Of a stretch of DNA of 64,000 nucleotides, positions 31,482 to 42,095 are shown piece by piece (positions within the stretch are counted from its first letter, which is position 1; the number at the start of each line of letters is the position of its first letter). Source of the stretch: an uncultured delta proteobacterium. GTDB taxonomy: Bacteria > Myxococcota > Myxococcia > Myxococcales > Anaeromyxobacteraceae. The notes under the pieces are model-generated. The model saw nothing but the letters and a program-made list of their open reading frames with translations. It was not told where the DNA came from and ran no database searches. The position numbers were made by a program, and so were the translations under genes. The DNA lies in the NCBI GenBank assembly GCA_963845515.1, contig CAWJSR010000015.1, positions 1-64,000 of the forward strand, read 5' to 3'.

Positions 31482-34400
31482 TCAGTACATGTCGACCGAC
31501 CAGCGCTCGATCGTCCCGATCGAGCCGGTGGTCGTGTCGTCGACGAGGAGCTTCCAGGTGCCGTTCCCAGGCGTCCCCGTGTTGAATCCCAGGCCGCTGG
31601 AGGGGGCCCAGGTCCCCGTGATCGGCTCGGTGCCGCCGACCACGTTCCTGATGCTGTTCGCGGCGTCGGAGTCGAAGACCACGTCGGCGAAGCCGGGCGC
31701 GGTCCCGCCGAAGCCGTAGGAGAGCGTGATCGGATAGCCGCTGGGTCGTTCGAGCCAGAGGGTGAGCTGCTCCGCGCTCGGGTGGGTCACCGTCAGGCGG
31801 ACTTTCACCTTGGTGACCGCGAACGGGCCGTCGGTGATCGTCAGCGTCGACGCCTCGGAGGAGTACGTGATGTCCGGGATCGCCTTCGGCACGTCGGCGC
31901 TGGTGAAGGTCCGCCACGTGCCGGCGTAGAGACCGAACCCGGAGCCGGCGGGGGCCGTCGTCGAGATCCGGACGTGGACCTCGCCGCCAGCCGGTACGAC
32001 GCCGGTGCAGCGCCAGGTCCACTGGGCCGGGATCGGCGACTCGGCGCAGAGGTTGCCGGAGTTGTAGTTGCCGTTGTCGTCCACCGTGGCGCTCACGGCG
32101 TTGGTCGCGTTCGCGACGCTCACGGCAAACGGCGCGCCCGCGGGGAGGCTCACGACGTAGTAGCTCGGGGCAGCCGTGCCCGCCTGGCTCGTGCGCGGCG
32201 CCGCGGGGCCGAGCACGATCGGAGAGGCTGAGGTCCCCTCGGGCTGACCGACCTCGTCGTCGCCGTTGCTCCCCGTGACCCGCTGGGACCAGAGCTGGGC
32301 GTACTTCGGGTCGCCGGACGGCGTCTCGAGCGTGAGGGCGAACGGCTGCGCGCCGTCGATGAGGGCGTCGTCCTGCCCGGTCACGTAGACGGTCTGCGGC
32401 ACGTTCCAGGCCTCGGGCGGAATGACGAGGTCGACCGACGCGGCCGGCGCCCCGCCCGTGCCGACCCACGCTTCGCCCGGGTCGTCGACGGTGATCGGGA
32501 TGGTGACCGGCGCAGAGGGGATGGAGGTGAGCTGGACGGTGAACGTCGCGACGCCGCCCTTCTCGGTCGTCGCGAGGCCGCTCGTCCGCGACAGCACGAC
32601 CGACGAGTCGTCCACGTCATAGACGTAGACCGAGACGCTCTTCGACGGGAGGCCGTCGAACCGGTTGCCAGCAGCGCTCTCGGTCGGCCCCACGGTGATC
32701 TTGGGGTACTGCAGGCTGTCGTCGACGTGGTCCGCCACGCCCTGGACCTGGACCGTCTGCGCGGTCGACCAGTCGGCCGGGGTGAAGGTGAGGTGGAGGA
32801 TCGGACGAACGTGGAGCCGGAGTCCCCGCCCGCGACCAGCGCCTCGGTCTCGTCGTCGACGGTCACGGAGATGACGACGTCGGCGGTGGGCGCCACGTTC
32901 AGCGAGACGCTCAGGGTCTGCGCCGCCGCCCCCTCGGTCACGTAGACGTAGCTCGGCGCGAGACCGCGTAGCCCGCGGTGTCGGCGTCGATGTTCGTCAC
33001 CTCGATGACCTGCGGCGCCACCGACGAGAAGGCCGGGTCGCCGGTCGGGGTGCCCACCGTGATCGTGTAGGGCTGGTCGCCGTCCGCCGCTCCGTCCCAC
33101 ATCCCCGTCACGTACACGGTCTTCGGGTTGAGGTAGTCCGTGGGGGTGAACTTCACGTAGAGGGTGTCGGCGGTGACCACGAAGTCCGTGAGCCGCCCCT
33201 CGGTCCGGTCGCTCGTCGTGATCGGGACGAGGAGATCGCCGATCGGCGCGCGGTTGATGGCGACGGTGAAGGACGCGTAGTTGACGGTGCCGCTCTCCCG
33301 GGTCTGGAGCGGGCTCCCCGACGCCGCCGGGACGATCACGACCGGGGTGTCGTTGTCCGTGTTGAGCACGTGGACCGCCTGCGAGGCCAGCGCAGCGTAG
33401 GCCGCATCGCCCACCGCCTTCCCGACCGTGACGTCGTACTCGACGTTGTCGGACGGCACGCTGTCGTCCTGACCGACGACGGTGACCGTCTGCGGCGTGG
33501 ACCAGTTCAACGCCGTGAAGGTGAGGTTGACCGCCGCGCCGCTCTGGCCCGCGCCGGAGAGGAGCCCCTCGGCCGGCCTGCCGCTCGTCACCGGGACGAC
33601 GAGGTCGCCGTCCGGCGCGCAGTTCAGCTTCACGGTGAAGGTCTCGACCGTGCCGTTCTCCGAGGTCACGAGGGTCGAGGTCGCGCCGGCGATGGTGATG
33701 CCCGCGGTGTCGGCGTCGGTGTTGGTCACCCGGATCGCCTGCGGAGCGGCGGCGAGGTACTCGGCGGCCAGCGTCTGCGCCGCCAGCACGCTCACCGTCA
33801 CGTCATAGGTCTGGTTGCCGTCGTCGACGCCGTCCCCGAGCCCGTGAACGTAGACGGTCTTCGGCGTAGACCAGTCGCCCGGGCCGAACAGGAGGTCGAC
33901 GGTCTCGTGGCTCATGTCGGCGTCGGTGGCGCCGAGCGTCCCCTCGGTGACGTCCGTGGAGCGCACCCGGACGACGACCGCCTGGCTGGGAGGCACGTTA
34001 AGCCGGACCGTGAAGGTGTTGTAGCTCCAGGGCTCCAGGGTCGCGAGGAGCGCGCTGTCGAGCGTGAGGCCCGGCATGTCGTCGTCGGAGTTGGTCACCA
34101 GGAGGTTACTGGGCGGGACGCTCGCGTAGACCGGATTGGCGTTGGCCAGGACCCGTACCTCGATCCGGTAGGTCTGGTTGCCGTCCTTGACGTAGTCGTC
34201 GACCGGGACGACCTCCATCGTCTGCGCCACGCTCCAGTCCGCGGGCGTGAAGGTAAGCGTGACGGAGGCGCCCCCCCACCACCCTCCCGGGTTCACCAGC
34301 ATGCCCTCCGCGAGGTTCGTAGAGGTCAAGGTGACCGTCACGTTCGACGTCGGCGCCATGAGGAGCCGCACCTCGACGGGCACGTTTGGCCCGTTCTCCG

Positions 34401-34574
34401 AGGTGACGACGGACGACGCGCTCAGGAAGACGCCGGGGTAGGGACCCGACGGGCCGGAGCTCCCTTCGCTGCACCCCACGAGGAGCGCGGCGGCGAGCAG
34501 CGCGGCGGCGAAGGCGGTCGCGGCTCGCGGCGGCGCGCGCTGCGCGGCGTCGCATGGGCGGCGTGGACGGACAT
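31482..34574 (-). CDS. Large surface lipoprotein A, paralog of B (frameshifts near 34530, 32960, 32805)
   Basis: AGGAG RBS, ATG 34574; lipobox LVGC; same Calx-beta-like repeats; shared segments such as QAVHVLNTDNDT and DVPKAIPD; P-domain ending NGTWKLLVDD. Confidence 0.8.
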
Positions 34575-34743
34575 GTCGGCTCCTGGCGTTGCGCGCGGGA
34601 CGGCCCCACGGCCGGCCCGAGACGAAGGCGGGTCCGCGCATATTAGCGAAGCGTGAACGGGACGCGACGTGAATCGAGGCGTCGGCCAGCGTCACCGTGT
34701 AGGCGGCTGTGATCTGACGCACGTCGCCGTGCGCCCGATCACC
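34572..34743 (-). promoter_or_regulatory. Duplicated upstream region, copy A
   Basis: Near-identical to 31189-31361. Confidence 0.75.
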
Positions 34744-36148
34744 TGCCCGGCGGGGCGCCTGCCTGCTTCAGCCGCTTCCAGAGCGTGACGCGGGAGATCC
34801 CGAGCCGGCGCGCCGCCTCCGCCCGGTTCCCGCCGCAGATCTCCACCATGGCGAGGAGCTGCTCCAGCCCGAGCTCCCCGGGCCGCACGCCCTCGCGGCG
34901 GCTCACCTCGGCCCTCGGCGCCTCGGCGGGCACGGCGGGGCTGCGCACCTCCTCGGGCAGGTGCGCGGCCTCTATCAGCCCTCCCCCGGCACGAAGCGCC
35001 GCGAACTCCAGGACGTTCTGGAGCTCGCGCACGTTGCCGGGCCAGCGATAGGCCTTCAGCAGCGCGAGCGCGCCCGGCGCGAGGCCGGACGGGCGCGTGT
35101 CGCCACCCTCGGCGAGCCTCGCGAGCACGGCCTCGACCAGGAGCGGGAGGTCGTCGACGTGCTCCCGGAGCGACGGGACACGCAGCGGGAAGACCGCCAG
35201 CCTGAAGTAGAGATCGGCGCGGAAGCGCCCCTCCTCCACCATCGCCTTGAGGTTCCGGTGGGTCGCGCAGATCAGCCGGACGTCCACCTTGATGGGGGCG
35301 GAGTCGCCCACCCGCTCGATCTCGCGCTGCTGGACGACCCGGAGCAGCTTCAGCTGCACCGTCGGCGAGATGTCGCCGATCTCGTCGAGCAGCAGCGTGC
35401 CGCCGTGGGCCTCCTGGAAGCGGCCGCGCCGATCGCGGAGCGCGCCGGTGAACGCGCCCTTCACGTGGCCGAAGAGCTCGCTCTCCAGCAGGTTCTCGTT
35501 GAGGGCGGAGCATGAGACGCGCACGAACGGCCCGTCGGCGCGCCGGGAGCCGCGGTGGATGGCGTCGGCGACGCACTCCTTGCCGGCCCCGCTCTCGCCG
35601 AGGATCATGACGGTGGCGTTCGAGCGGGCGACCAGCGCGATGGTCCCGTAGAGCTCCCGCATCGAGGGGTGGTTTCCCACGAGGCCGCACGGGCCAGCCA
35701 CCACCGGCTCGGCCGGCGTCCAGTCGCAGCGCGGCTCGGCGTCGGCGTCCCCGGCGGCGGTGAACGACTCGAGCGCACCCATTGGCCGGCCGTCGGGTGC
35801 GAGGAGCGCCACTGCGTGCTTCACGATCTGGAGGAGCCGCCCGTCCTTCGCGCGGAGCGTGCAGGTCTTCGACGTACGCCCCTGCCCCGCGAGGCCGCAG
35901 CGCAGCGGCCCCGCGCCGCACGAGCACCCGTTGACCGCGTCGCCGGCGAGGATGGAGCAGTCGCGACCTAGCGCGTCCTCGTGCGACCAGCCGGTGATCC
36001 GCTCGGCCGCCCGATTCCAGTAGGTGACCCTGCCGGCGAGGTCGGTGGTGAAGAGGCCGTCCGGCAGGGCGTCGGCGACGGCGCGGAGCGCAGCCTCGCT
36101 GCCGAGGCCGAGGAAGGGGAGCTTGCTGGCGGTGGAGTTCAGGCTCAT
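34739..36148 (-). CDS. PAS-domain sigma54-dependent transcriptional activator (NtrC/Fis family)
   Basis: PAS ([11 protein letters not shown]), [38 protein letters not shown]-terminal HTH. Confidence 0.95.
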   Translation of the reverse strand: MSLNSTASKLPFLGLGSEAALRAVADALPDGLFTTDLAGRVTYWNRAAERITGWSHEDALGRDCSILAGDAVNGCSCGAGPLRCGLAGQGRTSKTCTLRAKDGRLLQIVKHAVALLAPDGRPMGALESFTAAGDADAEPRCDWTPAEPVVAGPCGLVGNHPSMRELYGTIALVARSNATVMILGESGAGKECVADAIHRGSRRADGPFVRVSCSALNENLLESELFGHVKGAFTGALRDRRGRFQEAHGGTLLLDEIGDISPTVQLKLLRVVQQREIERVGDSAPIKVDVRLICATHRNLKAMVEEGRFRADLYFRLAVFPLRVPSLREHVDDLPLLVEAVLARLAEGGDTRPSGLAPGALALLKAYRWPGNVRELQNVLEFAALRAGGGLIEAAHLPEEVRSPAVPAEAPRAEVSRREGVRPGELGLEQLLAMVEICGGNRAEAARRLGISRVTLWKRLKQAGAPPGR

Positions 36149-36250
36149 CTGTGACCGGGCGGAGTATCAGACCAGTCTGAGCCCCGATGGCGCTCGGCGG
36201 TTCACCGTGAACGTTGCGGTGAACGTGGTGCGGCGTTTGGCCGCGGGCCA

Positions 36251-37351
36251 CTACGGGGAGTGCGGGTGCGACCGGCCGGCGATCACCGCCCTGGTCGCGA
36301 GCCAGCCCGAGACCAGGGCGAAGGCGACGAACAGGTAGACCGCGGCGCGCGGTGGCGCGCTCGCGTTCGGGATCCCCTGCGCGTCCCGCGCCGACTCGAC
36401 GGCGTCCGGTGGCGGATCGGGTCGCGGCTTCGCCACCCGCTCCTGAGCCTGCCGCACGCTGCGCGGCGCCTCCCAGACGGTCACCATCCTCGAGGGCGAC
36501 TCGGCGTCGCCGCGCGGTGCGTACGTCGCCACGGAGGCCAGGGGAGCTGCCAGCCGCGCGACCACGGGGGGCGGTGGTGCGTCGGTCGGCTCCACGGGCG
36601 CGCTCGCCACCCCCGCGCGGGGAGCCGCCACCGGGGCGGGCACCGGCCCCTGCGGGCCGGGCGGCTTCGAGATCCACGCCGCTAGCTGCGGGAAGGCCGA
36701 CGCCGCCGCGTCGATGCGGATCGCGAAGGTCACACCGCTCGCGTCGCGCGTCCCCGCCGTCACCACCCCGACCGCTCGGCCGAGCCGGTCCACCAGCGGA
36801 CCGCCGGAGCTGCCGGGGCGAAGCGCCATCTGGGCCAGCAGCATCGGCGCGCCGTCCCCCAGCGGGCGCGGGTTGGCGATGAGCCCCGTGGAGAAGGTCC
36901 AGGCCGCGCCACCGCCGTGACCGACCGTGGCGGCGAACGAGCCGGCGCGAAGGGCGTCCGCGGCGCCGGCGACCAGGGGAGGAACGTCATCGAACGGGAT
37001 CCGGACCAGCGCGAGGTCGAGTGCGCCGGTGGCGCGCGCCACGACGCGGCCGCGGCCGTAGCGGCCGTCCGAAAGCTGCACGGCCACCTCCTCCGCCTCG
37101 CCGACCACGTGCGCGTTGGTGAGGACGAGGCCGCCAGACCCCACGGCGAAGCCGGAGCCCGAGGCGCCGTCGCGGACCAGCAGGACGACCGACGGGGCCA
37201 CTCGGGCGAAGAGGCTCGACTGCTCAGCCTCCAGAGACGCGAGCGACGGGCTGCCCTCGGCGCGGGCCTGCAGCCCCGTGACCGCGGCCGGATCGGGGCC
37301 TGCGACGACCAGTGCCGCGATTACGATCGTGATGAGCGCCCCCGGGATCAT
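36251..37351 (-). CDS. Trypsin-like (S1C) serine protease without PDZ; Pro-rich linker and C-terminal TM helix
   Basis: GSGF, LTNAHVV, DLAL, PGSSGGPL catalytic-triad motifs. Start uncertain. Confidence 0.8.
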   Translation of the reverse strand: MIPGALITIVIAALVVAGPDPAAVTGLQARAEGSPSLASLEAEQSSLFARVAPSVVLLVRDGASGSGFAVGSGGLVLTNAHVVGEAEEVAVQLSDGRYGRGRVVARATGALDLALVRIPFDDVPPLVAGAADALRAGSFAATVGHGGGAAWTFSTGLIANPRPLGDGAPMLLAQMALRPGSSGGPLVDRLGRAVGVVTAGTRDASGVTFAIRIDAAASAFPQLAAWISKPPGPQGPVPAPVAAPRAGVASAPVEPTDAPPPPVVARLAAPLASVATYAPRGDAESPSRMVTVWEAPRSVRQAQERVAKPRPDPPPDAVESARDAQGIPNASAPPRAAVYLFVAFALVSGWLATRAVIAGRSHPHSP

Positions 37352-37471
37352 TGCGCTCTTGACCCTAATCAAGACGCTGGTGCCGCGCCCGACAGCCTGC
37401 TTACCGCCCCTAACGTGGCGCCCCTAATGGGCGCGAGGGTGGCGCCGGCGATCGGAGAAAGCTGTTGGTCC

Positions 37472-38242
37472 ATGGCCGGCGACGTCTGGAATCCCGATCT
37501 CTACGCACGCTTCGGCGCCGAGCGCGCCCAGCCCTTCCACGATCTGCTCGGGCTCGTGAGGCCGCATCCCGGGATGCGCGTGGTGGACCTCGGCTGCGGC
37601 CCCGGCGAGCTGACGGCCCACCTGCACCGCGCGCTCGCCGCGCGAGAGACCATCGGCCTCGACTCGTCGGCCGCCATGCTGGAGCGGGCTGCCGCTCACG
37701 CCGGCGGCGGCCTCTCCTTCGTGAAGGGGGACATCGGCGCGTTCGAGGGCGAGGGGCTCGACCTCGTCTTCTCCAACGCCGCGCTGCACTGGATCCCCGG
37801 CCACGAGCCGCTCCTCGCGAGGCTCGCTGGCGCGCTCGCTCCGGGGGGCCAGCTCGCCGTGCAGGTCCCGGCCAACCACGACCACCTCTCCCACCGGCTC
37901 GCCTACGAGATCGCCCGCGAGCCTCCGTTCGCCGGACCTTTGGGAGGCTACGAGCGCGGCAAGCCGGTGCTGGAGCCGGAGGAGTACGCCCACGCCCTCT
38001 TCCGGCTGGGCTTCCGCGAGCAGCATGTCCGGCTCGTCGTCTACGCCCACCCGATGCCGGCGCGCGACGACGTGGTGGAGTGGGTCAGAGGCACGCTCCT
38101 CACGGACATCCAGCGACGGCTCCCGGGGGAGCTCTGGGAGCGCTACCTCACGACCTACCGGGCGCGGCTGCTCGCGGCGCTCCCCGACGAACGCCCCTTC
38201 CTCTACACCTACAAGCGGATCCTGTTCTGGGGAGTGCGCTGA
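37472..38242 (+). CDS. tam: Trans-aconitate 2-methyltransferase-like SAM methyltransferase
   Basis: WNPDLYARFGAERAQPF, VDLGCGPG, FSNAALHW, LAVQVP, WVRGT. Confidence 0.85.
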   Translation: MAGDVWNPDLYARFGAERAQPFHDLLGLVRPHPGMRVVDLGCGPGELTAHLHRALAARETIGLDSSAAMLERAAAHAGGGLSFVKGDIGAFEGEGLDLVFSNAALHWIPGHEPLLARLAGALAPGGQLAVQVPANHDHLSHRLAYEIAREPPFAGPLGGYERGKPVLEPEEYAHALFRLGFREQHVRLVVYAHPMPARDDVVEWVRGTLLTDIQRRLPGELWERYLTTYRARLLAALPDERPFLYTYKRILFWGVR

Positions 38243-38373
38243 GGCGCTCACCGGACGGCCACGGAGCCGGGCTGTCGTGCCCTGAGCTCGGGGGACACCC
38301 GTCCCTGGGATGCACCTGGGCCCGCGCTGGGCAGTAGATTTCCGGCGACGAGCGCATCATGTGAGGAGGGTCG

Positions 38374-38664
38374 ATGGCAACCGCGAACCGTCCCGAGATC
38401 ATCTACCCGACCGAGCCCGAGGGCTGGGCCGAGCGCGTGGCGTCCGCGCGCACCTCCGTGCACCGCGCGAAGTCTCTCGACGAGCTGGCGGAGGCGCTCA
38501 ACAGCCCCGACTTCGCGGCGCTGCCGCTGAAGGACCTCGTCACCCTCCCCACCTTCGGCGGCGAGCGTCCGCGCGGGCGCTGCGTCTTCAGCTGGGACGA
38601 CGACCGAGTCCTGATGATGAACGATCTCGGCGACGGGTTCACGATCGAGCCGCGCCGCCCCTGA
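38374..38664 (+). CDS. Hypothetical protein (96 aa)
   Basis: GAGGAGG RBS; host-like codon usage; LPTFGG...VFSWDDDR motif. Confidence 0.7.
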   Translation: MATANRPEIIYPTEPEGWAERVASARTSVHRAKSLDELAEALNSPDFAALPLKDLVTLPTFGGERPRGRCVFSWDDDRVLMMNDLGDGFTIEPRRP

Positions 38665-38736
38665 TCGGACGAACGCCAGCGCGACCCATACGGCTGGCTT
38701 GCGGTCGCGGCCGCTCGACCCGTATGACTGTCGGGA

Positions 38737-39537
38737 ATGCGAGCCCCGATCGGTTCCACGACGGCGCGAGCGATCGCCCTCGTCCTCCTGTTCCTCGGCA
38801 GCGCGCCCCCGGCCGGCGCGCAGGCGCCCGGCCCCGCCGTGGGCGTCCAGGAGCGGCTCGGCGAGACGGTGCCGCTCGAGCTCGTGCTGCGGGACGAGCG
38901 GGGGGCGTCGGTCCGGCTGGGCGACGCCCTCGACAAGCCGACCCTCCTCGCCCTCGTCTATTTCCGCTGCCCGAGCATCTGCTCGCCGCTCCTCAACGGC
39001 CTGTCGAGCGTCGTCGAGCGGACGGGGCTCACTCCCGGCCGCGACTTCCAGGTCATCGCCGTCAGCTTCGACGACCGCGACACGCCCCCGCTGGCCGAGA
39101 CCAAGCAGCGGAACTACCTCGCCGGCCTCTCGCCCGGCTTCCCGCCCAGCGCCTTCCGGTTCCTCACCGGCGACGCCGCGACGACCAAACGACTCGCCGA
39201 TGCCGTCGGCTTCGGCTTCCGGCGCGAGGGAGAGGACTTCGCCCACCCGGCCGTCGTGACGGTGCTCGCGCCTGGCGGCAAGATCACGCGCTACCTCTAC
39301 GGCGTGTCGTTCCTGCCGTTCGACGTCAAGATGGCCGCGGTCGAGGCGTCGCAGGGACGCGCGACGCCCACCGTGAGCCGCGTGCTCCAGGTCTGCTACC
39401 GCTACGACGCGGCGGGGCGCCGCTACGAGCTCGATCTCACCCGGATCTTCGGCATCGCGACGCTGACGGTGCTGGTCCCGTTCGTCGCGTTCCTGATCCT
39501 GCGCGGCCGGCGGAAGCGCGCCGAGGAGGGGCGATGA
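38737..39537 (+). CDS. sco: SCO1/SenC copper chaperone
   Basis: YFRCPSIC (CxxxC), FAHPA His, first gene of the oxidase operon. Confidence 0.9.
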   Translation: MRAPIGSTTARAIALVLLFLGSAPPAGAQAPGPAVGVQERLGETVPLELVLRDERGASVRLGDALDKPTLLALVYFRCPSICSPLLNGLSSVVERTGLTPGRDFQVIAVSFDDRDTPPLAETKQRNYLAGLSPGFPPSAFRFLTGDAATTKRLADAVGFGFRREGEDFAHPAVVTVLAPGGKITRYLYGVSFLPFDVKMAAVEASQGRATPTVSRVLQVCYRYDAAGRRYELDLTRIFGIATLTVLVPFVAFLILRGRRKRAEEGR

Positions 39538-41156
39538 CCGGTACGGCTGGCGGGAGCGGCTCGGAGGGCTACCTGGGGGCAGGTGCGCGACCCGGGATCA
39601 GGGGCTGGATCTTCTCCACCGACCACAAGCGGGTCGGCGTCCTCTACCTCACCTCGCTCCTCGGCTTCTTCATGGTGGCGATGGCCATCGGCGTCCTGAT
39701 GCGCGTCGAGCAGCTCACGATGGGGCGCACGATCATGGGGCCGGTCACCTACAACGCCCTCTTCACGCTGCACGGCGTGATCATGATCTTCCTCTTCGTG
39801 ATCCCCGGCCTCGGCGCGGCGTTCGGGAACTTCATGCTGCCGCTGATGATCGGGGCGAGAGACGTGGCGTTTCCGCGGCTCAACCTCCTCTCGTGGTGGT
39901 TCTACATCGGCGGCGCCGCCATCGTGATCACGTCGCTCTTCACCGGCGGCGGCCCGCCCGACACGGGCTGGACCTTCTACGTCCCGTACAGCCTCCGGAC
40001 GACCACCAACGTCCCGCTCGCGGTCTTCGGCGCGTTCGTCATCGGCTTCTCGTCGATCCTCACGGGGCTGAACTTCATCACGACGATCCACCGGCTCCGC
40101 GCGCCGGGGATGCGCTTCGGCAACATGCCGCTCTTCGCGTGGTCGCTCTACGCGACGAGCTGGGTGCAGCTGCTCGCGACGCCGGTCCTCGGGATCACGC
40201 TCCTGCTCGTCATCCTGGAGCGCCTCTTCGGCGTCCCGATCTTCGACCCGGCGAAGGGGGGCGACCCGCTCCTCTACCAGCACCTCTTCTGGATCTACAG
40301 CCACCCGGCGGTCTACGTGATGATCCTCCCGGCGATGGGGGCCGTGACCGAGATCATCCCGACCTTCGCCCGCCGGACCATCTTCGGCTACCGCTTCATC
40401 GCCTTCTCCTCGATGGCGATCGCCGGCGTTGGCAGCCTCGTCTGGGCGCACCACATGTTCACGAGCGGCCTCTCGGACCAGGCGGCCATGGTCTTCTCCC
40501 TGCTCACCTTCCTCGTCGCGGTGCCGAGCGCCATCAAGATCTTCAACTGGGTCTCGACGCTCTACAAGGGGTCGATCCAGCTGTCCGCGGCGCTGCTCTA
40601 CACGCTCGGCTTCGTCTTCCTCTTCAGCCTCGGCGGGCTCACCGGCCTGATGCAGGGGGCGCTCGCCGTCAACGTCCAGGTCCACGACACCTACTTCATC
40701 GTCGGGCACTTCCACTACGTGATCTTCGGCGGGACCGGCTTCGCCTTCTTCGCCGCCCTCCACTACTGGTTCCCGAAGATGTTCGGGCGGATGGTGGACG
40801 AGCGGCGCGCGAAGCTCGCGTGGATCCCGATCTTCGTCGGCTTCAACCTGTTCTACTTCTCCATGCTGGTGATCGGCGTCCAGGGGATGCCGCGGCGCTA
40901 CTTCGACCACCTGCCGCAGTTCCACACCGGGCACCTCCTCGCGACGGGCGGCGCGTTCCTGATGGTCGCGGGGCTCCTCGCGATGCTCCACAACCTCGCG
41001 AAGGCGCTCCGCCGTGGCGCGCCCGCGCCGGCCAACCCCTGGGGCGGCGTGACCCTCGAGTGGTCCACCACCTCGCCGCCGCCAGCCGAGAACTTCCACG
41101 TCCTCCCCGCCATCCCCGTGAAGCCCTACGCCTTCCCGCGCGAGGTGGCGCCGTGA
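39534..41156 (+). CDS. coxA: Cytochrome c oxidase subunit I, A2 type
   Basis: TDHKRVG, TLHG, DVAFPRLN, GWTFY, WIYSHPAVY, VWAHHMF, HDTYFIVGHFHY, GMPRRY. Confidence 0.97.
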   Translation: MTGTAGGSGSEGYLGAGARPGIRGWIFSTDHKRVGVLYLTSLLGFFMVAMAIGVLMRVEQLTMGRTIMGPVTYNALFTLHGVIMIFLFVIPGLGAAFGNFMLPLMIGARDVAFPRLNLLSWWFYIGGAAIVITSLFTGGGPPDTGWTFYVPYSLRTTTNVPLAVFGAFVIGFSSILTGLNFITTIHRLRAPGMRFGNMPLFAWSLYATSWVQLLATPVLGITLLLVILERLFGVPIFDPAKGGDPLLYQHLFWIYSHPAVYVMILPAMGAVTEIIPTFARRTIFGYRFIAFSSMAIAGVGSLVWAHHMFTSGLSDQAAMVFSLLTFLVAVPSAIKIFNWVSTLYKGSIQLSAALLYTLGFVFLFSLGGLTGLMQGALAVNVQVHDTYFIVGHFHYVIFGGTGFAFFAALHYWFPKMFGRMVDERRAKLAWIPIFVGFNLFYFSMLVIGVQGMPRRYFDHLPQFHTGHLLATGGAFLMVAGLLAMLHNLAKALRRGAPAPANPWGGVTLEWSTTSPPPAENFHVLPAIPVKPYAFPREVAP

Positions 41157-41788
41157 GCGCCGAGGCCGCGGGTCAGCCGGGCGCGGAGGGGGCCGCCCCG
41201 CACCGCGACGACGCCGGCTCGCGGATGGGGATGTGGCTCTTCCTGCTCTCGGAGCTGCTCCTCTTCAGCGGGCTCTTCATCGCCTACGCCGCCTACCGCT
41301 CGATCCACCGCGCGGACTTCCACCACGCCGGCGCCGAGCTGAACGCGGCCCTGGGGGTGGCGAACACCATCGTGCTCCTCACGAGCAGCCTCACCGTCGC
41401 GCTCGGGGTGCACGCCCTGCGGGAGGGGCGGGAGCGGGAGCTGCCGCTCTGGAACTGCGCCACGATCGTGCTCGCGCTCGTCTTCCTGGCCGTCAAGGCG
41501 GTCGAGTGGAGCGCCAAGTACGCGCACGGCCTCTTCCCGGGACAGCCGGGGCTGGACGCGCTCCCGCCGGGGGAGCGGCTCTTCTTCGGGCTCTACTTCG
41601 CCACCACCGGGCTGCACGCGCTCCACGTCGTCGCCGGGGCTGTCGTCCTCGCCGTGGCGTCGTCCCTGGTCGCGCGCGGACGCGTGGGACGCGACGCCCC
41701 CGTGATCGCCGAGAACGCCGGGCTCTACTGGCACCTCGTGGACGTCATCTGGATCATGATCCTCCCGCTCTACTACCTGGCCGCGTGA
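41153..41788 (+). CDS. coxC: Cytochrome c oxidase subunit III
   Basis: GMWLFLLSELLLF, NTIVLLTSS, TGLHALHV, GLYWHLVDVIW. Confidence 0.95.
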   Translation: MSAEAAGQPGAEGAAPHRDDAGSRMGMWLFLLSELLLFSGLFIAYAAYRSIHRADFHHAGAELNAALGVANTIVLLTSSLTVALGVHALREGRERELPLWNCATIVLALVFLAVKAVEWSAKYAHGLFPGQPGLDALPPGERLFFGLYFATTGLHALHVVAGAVVLAVASSLVARGRVGRDAPVIAENAGLYWHLVDVIWIMILPLYYLAA

Positions 41789-41798
41789 TGGGGGACCG

Positions 41799-42086
41799 AT
41801 GAGCGCACCTGCAGCACACGGGACGGCGGGCGCGAGGACGCTGGTCGGGGTCTGGGCGGCGCTCGTGGCGCTCACCAGCGCGCTGGTCGCGGCGAATCAC
41901 TTCGCGCCGGGGAACCCGGGGATCGTCGCGACGATGGCGATCACGCCGGCCAAGGCGGCCCTCGTGCTCTGGTACTTCATGCACCTGCGCGAGGAGGGGC
42001 GCGCCGTCCGGTACATGCTCCTCGCCGCGGCGGTGACCATCTTCGTGTTCATCGGGCTGCTCATGGTCGACTACTCGTTCCGTTAG
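41799..42086 (+). CDS. coxD: Cytochrome c oxidase subunit IV
   Basis: KAALVLWYFMHL; three TM helices. Confidence 0.9.
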   Translation: MSAPAAHGTAGARTLVGVWAALVALTSALVAANHFAPGNPGIVATMAITPAKAALVLWYFMHLREEGRAVRYMLLAAAVTIFVFIGLLMVDYSFR

Positions 42087-42095
42087 GGAGGACCG

